NCBI GenBank assembly: GCA_049967855.1
Contig: JBMFRX010000004.1
Coordinates: forward strand, 8,751 to 72,750
Reading direction: 5' to 3'
Length of the DNA stretch: 64,000 bases
Source: Caldisericaceae bacterium
GTDB lineage: Bacteria > Caldisericota > Caldisericia > Caldisericales > Caldisericaceae
Of the stretch, positions 54,916 to 63,084 are shown in pieces. The notes below the pieces were generated by a model. The model saw only the letters and a list, made by a program, of their open reading frames with translations. It was not told where the DNA came from and made no database searches. Numbering within the stretch: position 1 is the stretch's first letter; each line of letters starts with the position of its first letter. The translations under genes and the position numbers were made by a program.

Positions 54916-55800
54916 CTAAGGAATTATATATCCAAGTTTTTTTAGCTTGCTTTCAAGTTTTGGCCAGTTTTCTTCAACTTTGACGGTTAGCTGAAGGTAA
55001 ACTTCTCTCTTAAAGGTCTGTTCCATCTCGAAACGGGCAAAACTTCCTATTTTCTTAATCATTTTGCCACTATGCCCTATAACAATAGCTTTCTGAGGCT
55101 CGCGTGATACATAGATAACTGCGTCTACGAATAGTTTACCATTTTCTCTTTCTGCAAGCTGTTCAATGTTTACCGCAGTTGAATAGGGAAGCTCTTTTCC
55201 CAGAAAAATCATTATGTACTCCCTTACTATTTCTGCAAGTTGTAACTCCAAGCTGATGTTTGTCTTTTGTCCTGGCGGAAAATATTCAGGTCCTTCGCTC
55301 AAGAAAGATATTGTATCATCTATCAGAAGCGAAACGTTTTTACCTGTAAGAGCCGAGATTTCAATAATTCTGTCAAAGGTGAAATCTTTTGTGAATGTCT
55401 TCTTGGTCTGTTCTATTTCTTGTTGATTATATTTGTCGGTCTTATTGATGACCAAGAAAACAGGGACTTTTTCTCGTGAAATTGTTTTGTAAAGGTCTGA
55501 GTATTCTTCGCCCACAAAATCATTTACCTCAACTAGAAGGTAAACTAAATCTGTTCCTTCAATGCTTTTCAATGCAAGCCTAACCATATATTGGTTGAGT
55601 GCGCTTTTTGCGATGTGATACCCAGGAGTGTCAACGAATACTATTTGTGCATCTGTGGCGTTATACACTCCCAGTATATTAAACCTTGTGGTTTGAGGTT
55701 TTGGAGTGGCAATGCTAATCTTACTTCCCACAATTGAATTCACAAGAGTAGACTTTCCAACGTTTGGTCTACCTACGATTGTAACAAAACCACTTTTCAT
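54916..55800 (-). CDS. era: GTPase Era
   Basis: GRPNVGKSTL (G1), DTPG (G3), NKTD (G4), and a C-terminal KH domain. Confidence 0.9.
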   Translation of the reverse strand: MKSGFVTIVGRPNVGKSTLVNSIVGSKISIATPKPQTTRFNILGVYNATDAQIVFVDTPGYHIAKSALNQYMVRLALKSIEGTDLVYLLVEVNDFVGEEYSDLYKTISREKVPVFLVINKTDKYNQQEIEQTKKTFTKDFTFDRIIEISALTGKNVSLLIDDTISFLSEGPEYFPPGQKTNISLELQLAEIVREYIMIFLGKELPYSTAVNIEQLAERENGKLFVDAVIYVSREPQKAIVIGHSGKMIKKIGSFARFEMEQTFKREVYLQLTVKVEENWPKLESKLKKLGYIIP

Positions 55801-55811
55801 AGCTTTTGCCC

Positions 55812-58800
55812 CTAAACAAGTTTCATTGATACGACTTTAGAGACGCCTTCTTCTTCCATAGTAATGCCGTAAAGTACGTCTGCCCGTTGCATCGTTTCTT
55901 TGTTGTGAGTGATTAGTATAAACTGAGAATTTTCTGACTCTTCCTGCACCATTTCACTGAAACGAACTACGTTGTCCTCGTCCAATGCTGCATCAACTTC
56001 ATCGAGGACATAAAAAGGCGATGGTTTGACTTTAAAAAGTGCGAAAAGAAATGAAAGGGCGGTTAAGGTTTTTTCTCCTCCTGAGAGTACCGCAAGTGAC
56101 TGTTTTCTTTTTCCTGGAAGTCTCACATTTAATTCAATTCCTCTAACTTCTCCCTCGTCATCCATTAACTTGTCAATTGAAGCCTCTCCTCCCTGAAACA
56201 TCTTTTTAAAAAAGAATGTAAAATATTCTGTGACCTCTGAGAGTGTTTTGTCGAATTCGGATTTTATTTTCTCTTCGGTCTCCTGTATTAGCTCTTCAAG
56301 TTCTTTTTTTGCATTCTTTACATCCTTGTAGACAGATTCCTTCTCATCAAGTTCCGATAGGATCTTCTCTTCTTCATCAACGCTTGTAAAATCAATGAGG
56401 CCTATGTCAGCGATATCCTTTTTTAAATTGCTGATTTCCTGGCGTATCCTGTCAAGGTCTTTTTTTTCAAAGGTGCTTACGCTCTTGAGCTCTTTTTCTG
56501 CCATTTCTCTTCTAAGCCCTTCTAGTTCTGTTTCCTTTTGGGCTATTTGGATGTTTGACTTCTCAATTCTTTTCAACTGTCCCTCTTTTTGCTCAGAAAG
56601 TCTTGAAATATCGACATTAATTGTGTTTTCTTTTTCGGTAAGTTCTGAAATACTGCTTTTGAGGTTCTTTTCGTTTTCTTCAAGCTCTGCAACTGTTAGA
56701 GAAATTGAATTCACTTTATCAAGATTTTCCCTCAGTTCTTTTTCGAGATTGTCAATTTCATCTGCATTGTGAAGTTTTTTGACTTCCTCAATCTCATTTT
56801 TTATGCTTGATATACGCCGAGTTTTCTCATCAATTTCATTCTGCAAAGCTTTCAGTTCAAAATCAAGCTGCCTGTGTTTGGTCGAACAATCTCTCATTGC
56901 ATCTTTCTTCTTCTCAAGCATAGCGCGCAAATTGGCAAGCTTCTCACTAAAGGAAAACTCTGACATCGAGCTAATTATAGACTTTATGTCGTTATTCTCT
57001 TTTTCAATCCGTTCAGTATAGCTCGTTATCTTCTTCTTCATTTCTTCAATTTTTGCAGACATTAATGTAGAATTTCGAATTTGTTCATTTACTTCCCTTG
57101 CCTTTGCCAGATCATTTTCCAGATTTTTGACATTGCTATCAAGATTGGCAATTGAATCCATTTCTGCAGAGATTTTGACTTCCAAATCTCTTATTTTGGT
57201 CTCTAGCTGTTCGATTTCCTCTTGTTTTCTCAGCATTGACAAGCCCTTATTCACCGTTATCTGGAATTGGGAGACTACGATAAAACCGTCCTGAGTGATT
57301 ATTTTTCTAATATAGAAACGCCCTGCATATTTTCTGAACGCCTCTATGGCATCTTCAAGAGATTCAGCATAATAAATTCCTCTAAGATACAATGATTCAA
57401 TGCTTAGTTTTTCATTTATCGGTGTGAGCTTTTCATCTTGAACAATTGCTAAGCCTTGCAAATTGTCCTCTATGCTTTTCATTTCAGCATAAGAATCAAG
57501 GAAGAAAATCCCCTCGCCTCTTGTTTTCAGTTCACTCAAAGAAGTTATTATGTGTGCCTTCAATTCTTCTTCGATCCCAGGAATCACTTTTTTGATGTTC
57601 AAAGATGCGCCAAGAGTGTCCTTGTCAAAAGCAAAACTTAACTTTTCACTAACTAATTTTTTGTTTTCGCTTATTTTGTAGCGCAACAATGAACGCTCCT
57701 CATACAGAGAGCCAATTTCTTTTTGTAGCAAATCCTTTTGATTGCGTGCACTGTTTATTGAAGATTCTATTGTATCCTCTGGTATAGGCTTCTTGTACGA
57801 AACTTCCTCAAGTGTTTTTTCGTTGGAAACAAGTTCTTCTTGGAAGTATCTTACATCTGTTGAAAGCGATGATACAATTTTTTCTTTCTTAATCCTCTCT
57901 TCGGTTAACCGATCAATCTTTTCCTTTACTTCTAATTCTTCCTTGGCTAATGGCTCGATTTCGGCTTCTATATTGCTGATTGAGCTAGAGATTTCCTTTT
58001 CCAGCTCTTGCAGCGAGGAAAGTTCGTTCTCTTTTGAAGCCTTATTTAAATGTGCCTTTGATAAATCATCTGAAAGATAATCCATTGTTCTCTGTAATTT
58101 TTCAATACGCAATTTATTTTCTTCGTTCTTGCCCTGGAGCATCTTTATTTTGTCTCTTATTGCATTTTGTTTTTCAATTAGTCGAGCTACTTCTATTCGA
58201 TTTTCGTTTGTTTTCTGTTTGGTCAATTCGTATTGTTGAGTTGCTGCCAAAAGTGAGCTGTGAACTTCCTCAAAATGTTGTTTCTTATCAGAGATAAGTT
58301 TTGTTATTTCTCTATATTCGGAATTGAAGGATTCAAGACCCATTTTTATGAGCTCAATTTCTTCGCTGAGTGTAGTGATTTTGCTACTATAGTAAGTTGC
58401 CTCAAGCGCTTTTAGCTTGTCTACAAGCATGTAATAAAGATGGGCTTTTTTTGCTTCGTTCACAATGCGCTCTGCTTCGCGGCGCAGTTCAGATAACCTA
58501 TCGTAAACCCTAACGAGATTTTCATCTGTTTCCTGAAGTCTTTTCAGTGCCTCATCCCGCCTCTTCTTGAAGCTTTCTATGCCAGCTACTTTGTCTAGGA
58601 TACCCTTTTTTTCCTCTGGTCTTGCAAGGAGTATCTCTTCAACGCGTCCCTGGCCAACTATCGCAAAGTTTGCCCCGAATATGCCTCCTGCATTAAATAT
58701 CGATAAAACATTTTGTAGGCTGGATTCTTCGCCATTTACATAGTAATGAGATTCTTTACTTCTGTAAATTCTTCTTTCAATGACAAATCGAGGTGTCTTA

Positions 58801-59078
58801 ATTGGAAGCTTATGGTCTTCGTTATTGAAAATCATCTTCACGGAGGCAACGTTAAGGGGGCTTTTCGTGCTTGAGCCAGAGAAAATCAAATCAGAACTCT
58901 CCGTAGCCCTCAGTAACGTGAATTTAGTTTCTCCTAGAATCCACCTCATTGCGTCTACTACATTACTTTTACCCGATCCATTTGGTCCGACTATTGCAGT
59001 AATACTCTTTGATAGAATTATTTTCGTGTTACTCACAAAAGTCTTGAAGCCGAACAGTTCTATTTCTTCTAAGTACAT
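55812..59078 (-). CDS. smc: chromosome partition protein Smc (compact, 1088 aa)
   Basis: GPNGSGKSNVVDAMRWILGE Walker A, long coiled coils, LSGGEKTLTALSFLFALF signature, YVLDEVDAALD Walker B. Confidence 0.85.
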   Translation of the reverse strand: MYLEEIELFGFKTFVSNTKIILSKSITAIVGPNGSGKSNVVDAMRWILGETKFTLLRATESSDLIFSGSSTKSPLNVASVKMIFNNEDHKLPIKTPRFVIERRIYRSKESHYYVNGEESSLQNVLSIFNAGGIFGANFAIVGQGRVEEILLARPEEKKGILDKVAGIESFKKRRDEALKRLQETDENLVRVYDRLSELRREAERIVNEAKKAHLYYMLVDKLKALEATYYSSKITTLSEEIELIKMGLESFNSEYREITKLISDKKQHFEEVHSSLLAATQQYELTKQKTNENRIEVARLIEKQNAIRDKIKMLQGKNEENKLRIEKLQRTMDYLSDDLSKAHLNKASKENELSSLQELEKEISSSISNIEAEIEPLAKEELEVKEKIDRLTEERIKKEKIVSSLSTDVRYFQEELVSNEKTLEEVSYKKPIPEDTIESSINSARNQKDLLQKEIGSLYEERSLLRYKISENKKLVSEKLSFAFDKDTLGASLNIKKVIPGIEEELKAHIITSLSELKTRGEGIFFLDSYAEMKSIEDNLQGLAIVQDEKLTPINEKLSIESLYLRGIYYAESLEDAIEAFRKYAGRFYIRKIITQDGFIVVSQFQITVNKGLSMLRKQEEIEQLETKIRDLEVKISAEMDSIANLDSNVKNLENDLAKAREVNEQIRNSTLMSAKIEEMKKKITSYTERIEKENNDIKSIISSMSEFSFSEKLANLRAMLEKKKDAMRDCSTKHRQLDFELKALQNEIDEKTRRISSIKNEIEEVKKLHNADEIDNLEKELRENLDKVNSISLTVAELEENEKNLKSSISELTEKENTINVDISRLSEQKEGQLKRIEKSNIQIAQKETELEGLRREMAEKELKSVSTFEKKDLDRIRQEISNLKKDIADIGLIDFTSVDEEEKILSELDEKESVYKDVKNAKKELEELIQETEEKIKSEFDKTLSEVTEYFTFFFKKMFQGGEASIDKLMDDEGEVRGIELNVRLPGKRKQSLAVLSGGEKTLTALSFLFALFKVKPSPFYVLDEVDAALDEDNVVRFSEMVQEESENSQFILITHNKETMQRADVLYGITMEEEGVSKVVSMKLV

Positions 59079-60736
59079 TAAAGGCCTACTATAGTACCGT
59101 CGCTTAGAACATCCATATCAAATGCCTGTGGGTGTTTTGGCAATCCTGGCATTGTCATAATGTTGCCTGCGAGAGGGACCAAAAACCCAGCGCCATTGGA
59201 TATTCTGATATTCCTTATTGTTATCGAAAAATTATCAGGCCTGCCAAGTTGTTTCGGATTATCTGATAGAGACAGCTGTGTCTTAGCCATGCAGATAAGG
59301 AGTTCGCCAAGATTGTTTTTCTCAATTAAGTTAAGATCATCCATTGCATCTTTTGTATACTCTACAGAGGTTGCCCCATACATACTCTTTGCAATCTTTT
59401 CAATTTTTGTCTTTACTGGTTCGTTCTGGTTGTAAAGAAACCTGAAATTCGTTTGGTCAGTAAGAGCATCTACAATTTTATTTGCAAGTTCTAACCCTCC
59501 ATTTCCACCATTTGCCCAAACTTCTGACACCGCAAAACGGACATTTCTGCTCTCAACGAAATCTCTTACAATTGAAATCTCAGATTCGGTGTCAGTTGAA
59601 AACTTATTGAGGGAAACAACGACAGGTACTCCAAAATACTGCATGTTTTCAATGTGTTTTGCCAGATTTTCAAGGCCTTTCTTTAGGGCAAGCGTATCTT
59701 CTGATTGGAGAGACTTTATATCGCCTCCTCCATGCATCTTTAGAGCTCTTGCTGATGCAACAATGACGGTTACTGAAGGATTAAATCCGCCGAGTCTGCT
59801 TACGATGTCCATAAATTTCTCTCCGCCAAGGTCTGAACCAAAGCCGCCTTCGGTAACAACAAAATCCGCAGCCTTTAGTGCTGTTTTAATTGAGATTATG
59901 CTGCTTGAACCGTGAGCTATATTTGCAAACGGTCCTCCGTGAATAAAAATTGGGTTACCCTCGAGGCTCTGCACTAAATTAGGCTTTATAGCATTTCTCA
60001 GAATCAATGCCATTGCGCCAACGGCTGAGAGTTGACCAGCGGTAAGTGGTTTTTTGTCGTAAGTATACCCGATTATCATCCTGGAAAGCCGTTTTTTCAG
60101 TTCGATTATGTCTTGCGAGAGACCTAATATAGCCATTACTTCTGAGGATGCAGTTATGTCAAATCCTGTTTGTCGTGGGATACCATTTGAGACTCCGCCA
60201 AGCCCTATAATAATATCTCTGAGAGAACGATCATTTGCATCCATTACTCTCTTCATAGTGATTCTTCTGGGGTCAATGTTCAGGCTGTTGCCATGAAAAA
60301 TATGGTTGTCTATAATTGTTTGAAGCAAATTGTGAGCTGCTTCGACCGCAGGAATATCCCCAGTGAAATGTGTATTAATATCTTCCATAGGTACTGCTTG
60401 AGCCTTTCCTCCTCCTGTAGCTCCTCCTTTTACTCCAAACAAAGGTCCTAGAGAAGGTTCTCTTATTACTGCAACTGACTTGTATCCAATTTTGTTTAAA
60501 GCATCGCTTATACCGATTGTCGTTGTTGTTTTTCCCTCGCCAAGAGGCGTTGGAGTGATAGCTGTTACAAAAACCAGTTTTCCTGTTGGTTTTGAATTAT
60601 TTAATACGAAGGCTGGATCAACCTTTGCTATATAATTTCCGTAGTTATAGAGACTATCTTTTCCAATACCAATTGAAGAGGCGACTTCTTCTATGGGTCT
60701 CATCTTAAATTGTTTTTCAATTTCATAATCTGACAT
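59078..60736 (-). CDS. fhs: formate-tetrahydrofolate ligase
   Basis: TPLGEGKTTTTIG P-loop, about 552 aa. Start at ATG 60736 after AAGGAGAAGGAA. Its stop overlaps the smc start (TAATG). Confidence 0.9.
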   Translation of the reverse strand: MSDYEIEKQFKMRPIEEVASSIGIGKDSLYNYGNYIAKVDPAFVLNNSKPTGKLVFVTAITPTPLGEGKTTTTIGISDALNKIGYKSVAVIREPSLGPLFGVKGGATGGGKAQAVPMEDINTHFTGDIPAVEAAHNLLQTIIDNHIFHGNSLNIDPRRITMKRVMDANDRSLRDIIIGLGGVSNGIPRQTGFDITASSEVMAILGLSQDIIELKKRLSRMIIGYTYDKKPLTAGQLSAVGAMALILRNAIKPNLVQSLEGNPIFIHGGPFANIAHGSSSIISIKTALKAADFVVTEGGFGSDLGGEKFMDIVSRLGGFNPSVTVIVASARALKMHGGGDIKSLQSEDTLALKKGLENLAKHIENMQYFGVPVVVSLNKFSTDTESEISIVRDFVESRNVRFAVSEVWANGGNGGLELANKIVDALTDQTNFRFLYNQNEPVKTKIEKIAKSMYGATSVEYTKDAMDDLNLIEKNNLGELLICMAKTQLSLSDNPKQLGRPDNFSITIRNIRISNGAGFLVPLAGNIMTMPGLPKHPQAFDMDVLSDGTIVGL

Positions 60737-60746
60737 TTCCTTCTCC

Positions 60747-61640
60747 TTACAGCAGGCTTTCAAGTTTTTTTACAACTGATTCCATTGATTTCCTTGCTCT
60801 GTCAACGGCATTTGCTGCTCTTAGCCTTGATGCGAATTGAGTATTATTAGTATTATCAAAATTACTTTCTCTTCCAATTGATCTACCCCACTCTTTCCAG
60901 TAGAGCAATGCGTCCTCAATTCCTGATATTGTTTCCCTAAGTACTTCTTGCTGACCGCGTTTTGCAAAATGAAACTGACCTAGAAAATAAGAGCGCAGTC
61001 CATACAATGCTGTCCACTGTGAATACGAAGCTTTGTTTAACCAGAGATGAGACAATCCTAAGAAAGACTTTTTTTCGCTTCTTAAATCTACTGCAAAATC
61101 TTCATAGGAAGAAACTGCAAATTTTTTAAAGTCTGATACAATCATAACAAGGAGTTCTTCAAATATGTTCTTTTTGTAAATATCTGCTCTCTTCAAGGTA
61201 AGATGACTTTCAAAATTGATAACCATCAAATTTTTCTTGACCAATGCCTGAATATCATCGGACTCTTCCTCAAACATCCTGTGATATTTGGAAACCCCCC
61301 TTTCGTCTATTGCAAATATTAGTAAGTTCTCTGGGTAGATTATGAAAGGCAGTTTATACGAATTAAAGTCAAAAGAGTCAAGGTTTAGTGTAGTAATTTT
61401 GATTCCAAGAAGGTGTGATAGATTTTCTTTGATGAATGGAATACTCTCGTTAAAAATCAAAGGATTGGAGTAGTCGTAAATAAATCTTGAAGCGTATCCT
61501 GAAATCATATTCAATTCTCCTAAGAGAATTTCTGTGCCGTTGAGTAGCAACATTTTCTCAAGTTGAACTAAGAAGTCGTACTCACAAAGATTTTCTGAGT
61601 TGCTCAATGTAGTGTTAATCTCGTTAAGGATTGTTTCCAT
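60747..61640 (-). CDS. hypothetical protein (tentative BtrH-N/DUF4872-like Cys...His peptidase-fold; weak)
   Basis: 297 aa from ATG 61640. No confident motif. Only an N-terminal Cys (NLCEYD) and a later His (SKYH) in a loosely BtrH-like arrangement. Confidence 0.35.
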   Translation of the reverse strand: METILNEINTTLSNSENLCEYDFLVQLEKMLLLNGTEILLGELNMISGYASRFIYDYSNPLIFNESIPFIKENLSHLLGIKITTLNLDSFDFNSYKLPFIIYPENLLIFAIDERGVSKYHRMFEEESDDIQALVKKNLMVINFESHLTLKRADIYKKNIFEELLVMIVSDFKKFAVSSYEDFAVDLRSEKKSFLGLSHLWLNKASYSQWTALYGLRSYFLGQFHFAKRGQQEVLRETISGIEDALLYWKEWGRSIGRESNFDNTNNTQFASRLRAANAVDRARKSMESVVKKLESLL

Positions 61641-61646
61641 GCATAT

Positions 61647-61675
61647 ATTATAGCGATTTTTGTTTAATTTGTACA
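61647..61675 (-). promoter_or_regulatory. candidate promoter; -10 lies 6 nt from the ATG of the hypothetical gene
   Basis: Minus strand TGTACA (61675-61670), 17 nt, TATAAT (61652-61647), atatgc, ATG (61640). No SD. Confidence 0.45.
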
Positions 61676-61679
61676 CTGC

Positions 61680-61706
61680 TTGATAATGTTGAATTTTTGC
61701 TATAAT
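61680..61706 (+). promoter_or_regulatory. candidate extended -10 promoter; -10 lies 6 nt from the ATG of nth
   Basis: TTGATA (61680-61685), 15 nt ending TGc, TATAAT (61701-61706), tcaatt, ATG 61713. No SD. Confidence 0.45.
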
Positions 61707-61712
61707 TCAATT

Positions 61713-62369
61713 ATGAAAAAAAGTGATATTGAGTCAGTTGTTAAAATCCTTGAGCAATATACAAAGCAATTTCAGGAACCAATTATTGGAAGGGTGGCGA
61801 AACTTAAAAGAGACCCCTATAGGATTCTAATTGGAACAATTCTGAGCCTCAGGACAAAAGACCAGGTAACTGGGCGTGCTGCTGAAAAGCTCTTTGCCGC
61901 AGCAGATAATCCGCAGAAAATGACAGAGCTTTCCAATCAAACTATTGAGAAGCTTATTTATCCTGTTGCCTTCTATCACAGGAAAGCCAGGCAGATAATC
62001 GAGATATCAAATATTCTGATTGAAAGATACAGCGGTAGCGTGCCTGACTCTTTTGAGGAACTTCTCACTTTGCCTGGAGTAGGCAACAAAACGGCAAATC
62101 TTGTTCTCAATGAGGGGTTCAACAAAGAAGCAATTTGTGTAGACACACATGTCCACAGAATTTCAAACAGGCTTGGTTGGGTGAAGACAAAGGACCCATT
62201 AGCAACGGAGATTTCTTTAGAGAAGATTCTCCCAAGGAAGTACTGGATGGTTATCAACCCTATACTTGTAACCTTTGGGCAGAATGTATGCAAGCCTATT
62301 TCTCCTTTCTGTTCCAAGTGTCCTGTGAACGATAAGTGTCCAAGAGTCGGCGTGAATAAGCACCGATAA
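61713..62369 (+). CDS. nth: endonuclease III
   Basis: LPGVGNKTANLVL HhH motif, CVDTHVHR, and a C-terminal 4Fe-4S cluster CKPISPFCSKCPVNDKC. Start trimmed to ATG 61713. Confidence 0.9.
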   Translation: MKKSDIESVVKILEQYTKQFQEPIIGRVAKLKRDPYRILIGTILSLRTKDQVTGRAAEKLFAAADNPQKMTELSNQTIEKLIYPVAFYHRKARQIIEISNILIERYSGSVPDSFEELLTLPGVGNKTANLVLNEGFNKEAICVDTHVHRISNRLGWVKTKDPLATEISLEKILPRKYWMVINPILVTFGQNVCKPISPFCSKCPVNDKCPRVGVNKHR

Positions 62370-62379
62370 ATTCCTATTA

Positions 62380-62407
62380 TTGCGAATTGCTTTTGCTTGT
62401 GTATAAT
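62380..62407 (+). promoter_or_regulatory. candidate promoter; -10 lies 8 nt from the ATG of the response regulator
   Basis: TTGCGA (62380-62385), 16 nt, TATAAT (62402-62407), taattgag, ATG 62416. Confidence 0.45.
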
Positions 62408-62415
62408 TAATTGAG

Positions 62416-63084
62416 ATGGACATAGCGATCGTTGACGACGAGAAGGATATAGTTGAAATTGCTGCATTCTATGTTGAGCTTGAAGGATACAGAGTTTTTA
62501 AATTTTACAGTGGTGACTCCTTTATTGCCTCGCTTGGGCATTTAAGCTATGACTGTGTTATTCTCGACCTTATGCTCCCTGAGATTGACGGAATCTCTAT
62601 TCTAAAATATTTGAAATCAAACGGGGCAACCAAGCATATCCCCGTTATTATACTAACAGCAAAAGTTACAGAAAGAGATGTCATTAAAGGTATTGAAGCA
62701 GGAGCAGATGACTATATTACAAAGCCTTTCAGTGCAAGGATCCTGGCTGCAAAAGTGAAAGCGCTTGTTAAGAAACCCGAAATGAGATTGGTAGCCCATT
62801 TCGGCAATATCAGTCTTGATGATACAAAGTTTGAAGTTTACTGTGGAGACACTTTGGTCGAACTTACTGCCACGGAGTTTAGGCTACTGAAGCTCCTTAT
62901 AAGTAACGCAGATAGAGTTTTTACTAGAGACCAGCTTCTTGATGAGATCTGGAGCAGTACGACCTCTCCTACTGACAGAGCAGTCGATGTACATGTCAAG
63001 AACCTGAGAGAAAAGCTCAAAGAGTGCGGGAGATATATAAGAACAGTAAGAGGAGTTGGATACAAATTTTCGGCGAAAGAATAG
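62416..63084 (+). CDS. OmpR/PhoB-family response regulator
   Basis: Receiver domain (IVDDE...DLMLPEIDG...LTAK) and a winged-helix C-terminus (RAVDVHVKNLREKL...VRGVGYKF). Confidence 0.9.
   Translation: MDIAIVDDEKDIVEIAAFYVELEGYRVFKFYSGDSFIASLGHLSYDCVILDLMLPEIDGISILKYLKSNGATKHIPVIILTAKVTERDVIKGIEAGADDYITKPFSARILAAKVKALVKKPEMRLVAHFGNISLDDTKFEVYCGDTLVELTATEFRLLKLLISNADRVFTRDQLLDEIWSSTTSPTDRAVDVHVKNLREKLKECGRYIRTVRGVGYKFSAKE

Noticed and set aside
56395-58297. Several 80-125-aa + strand ORFs inside smc
   Set aside because: They are Ser/Phe-rich antisense translations of the Glu/Lys-rich coiled-coil coding region, a typical mirror artefact.
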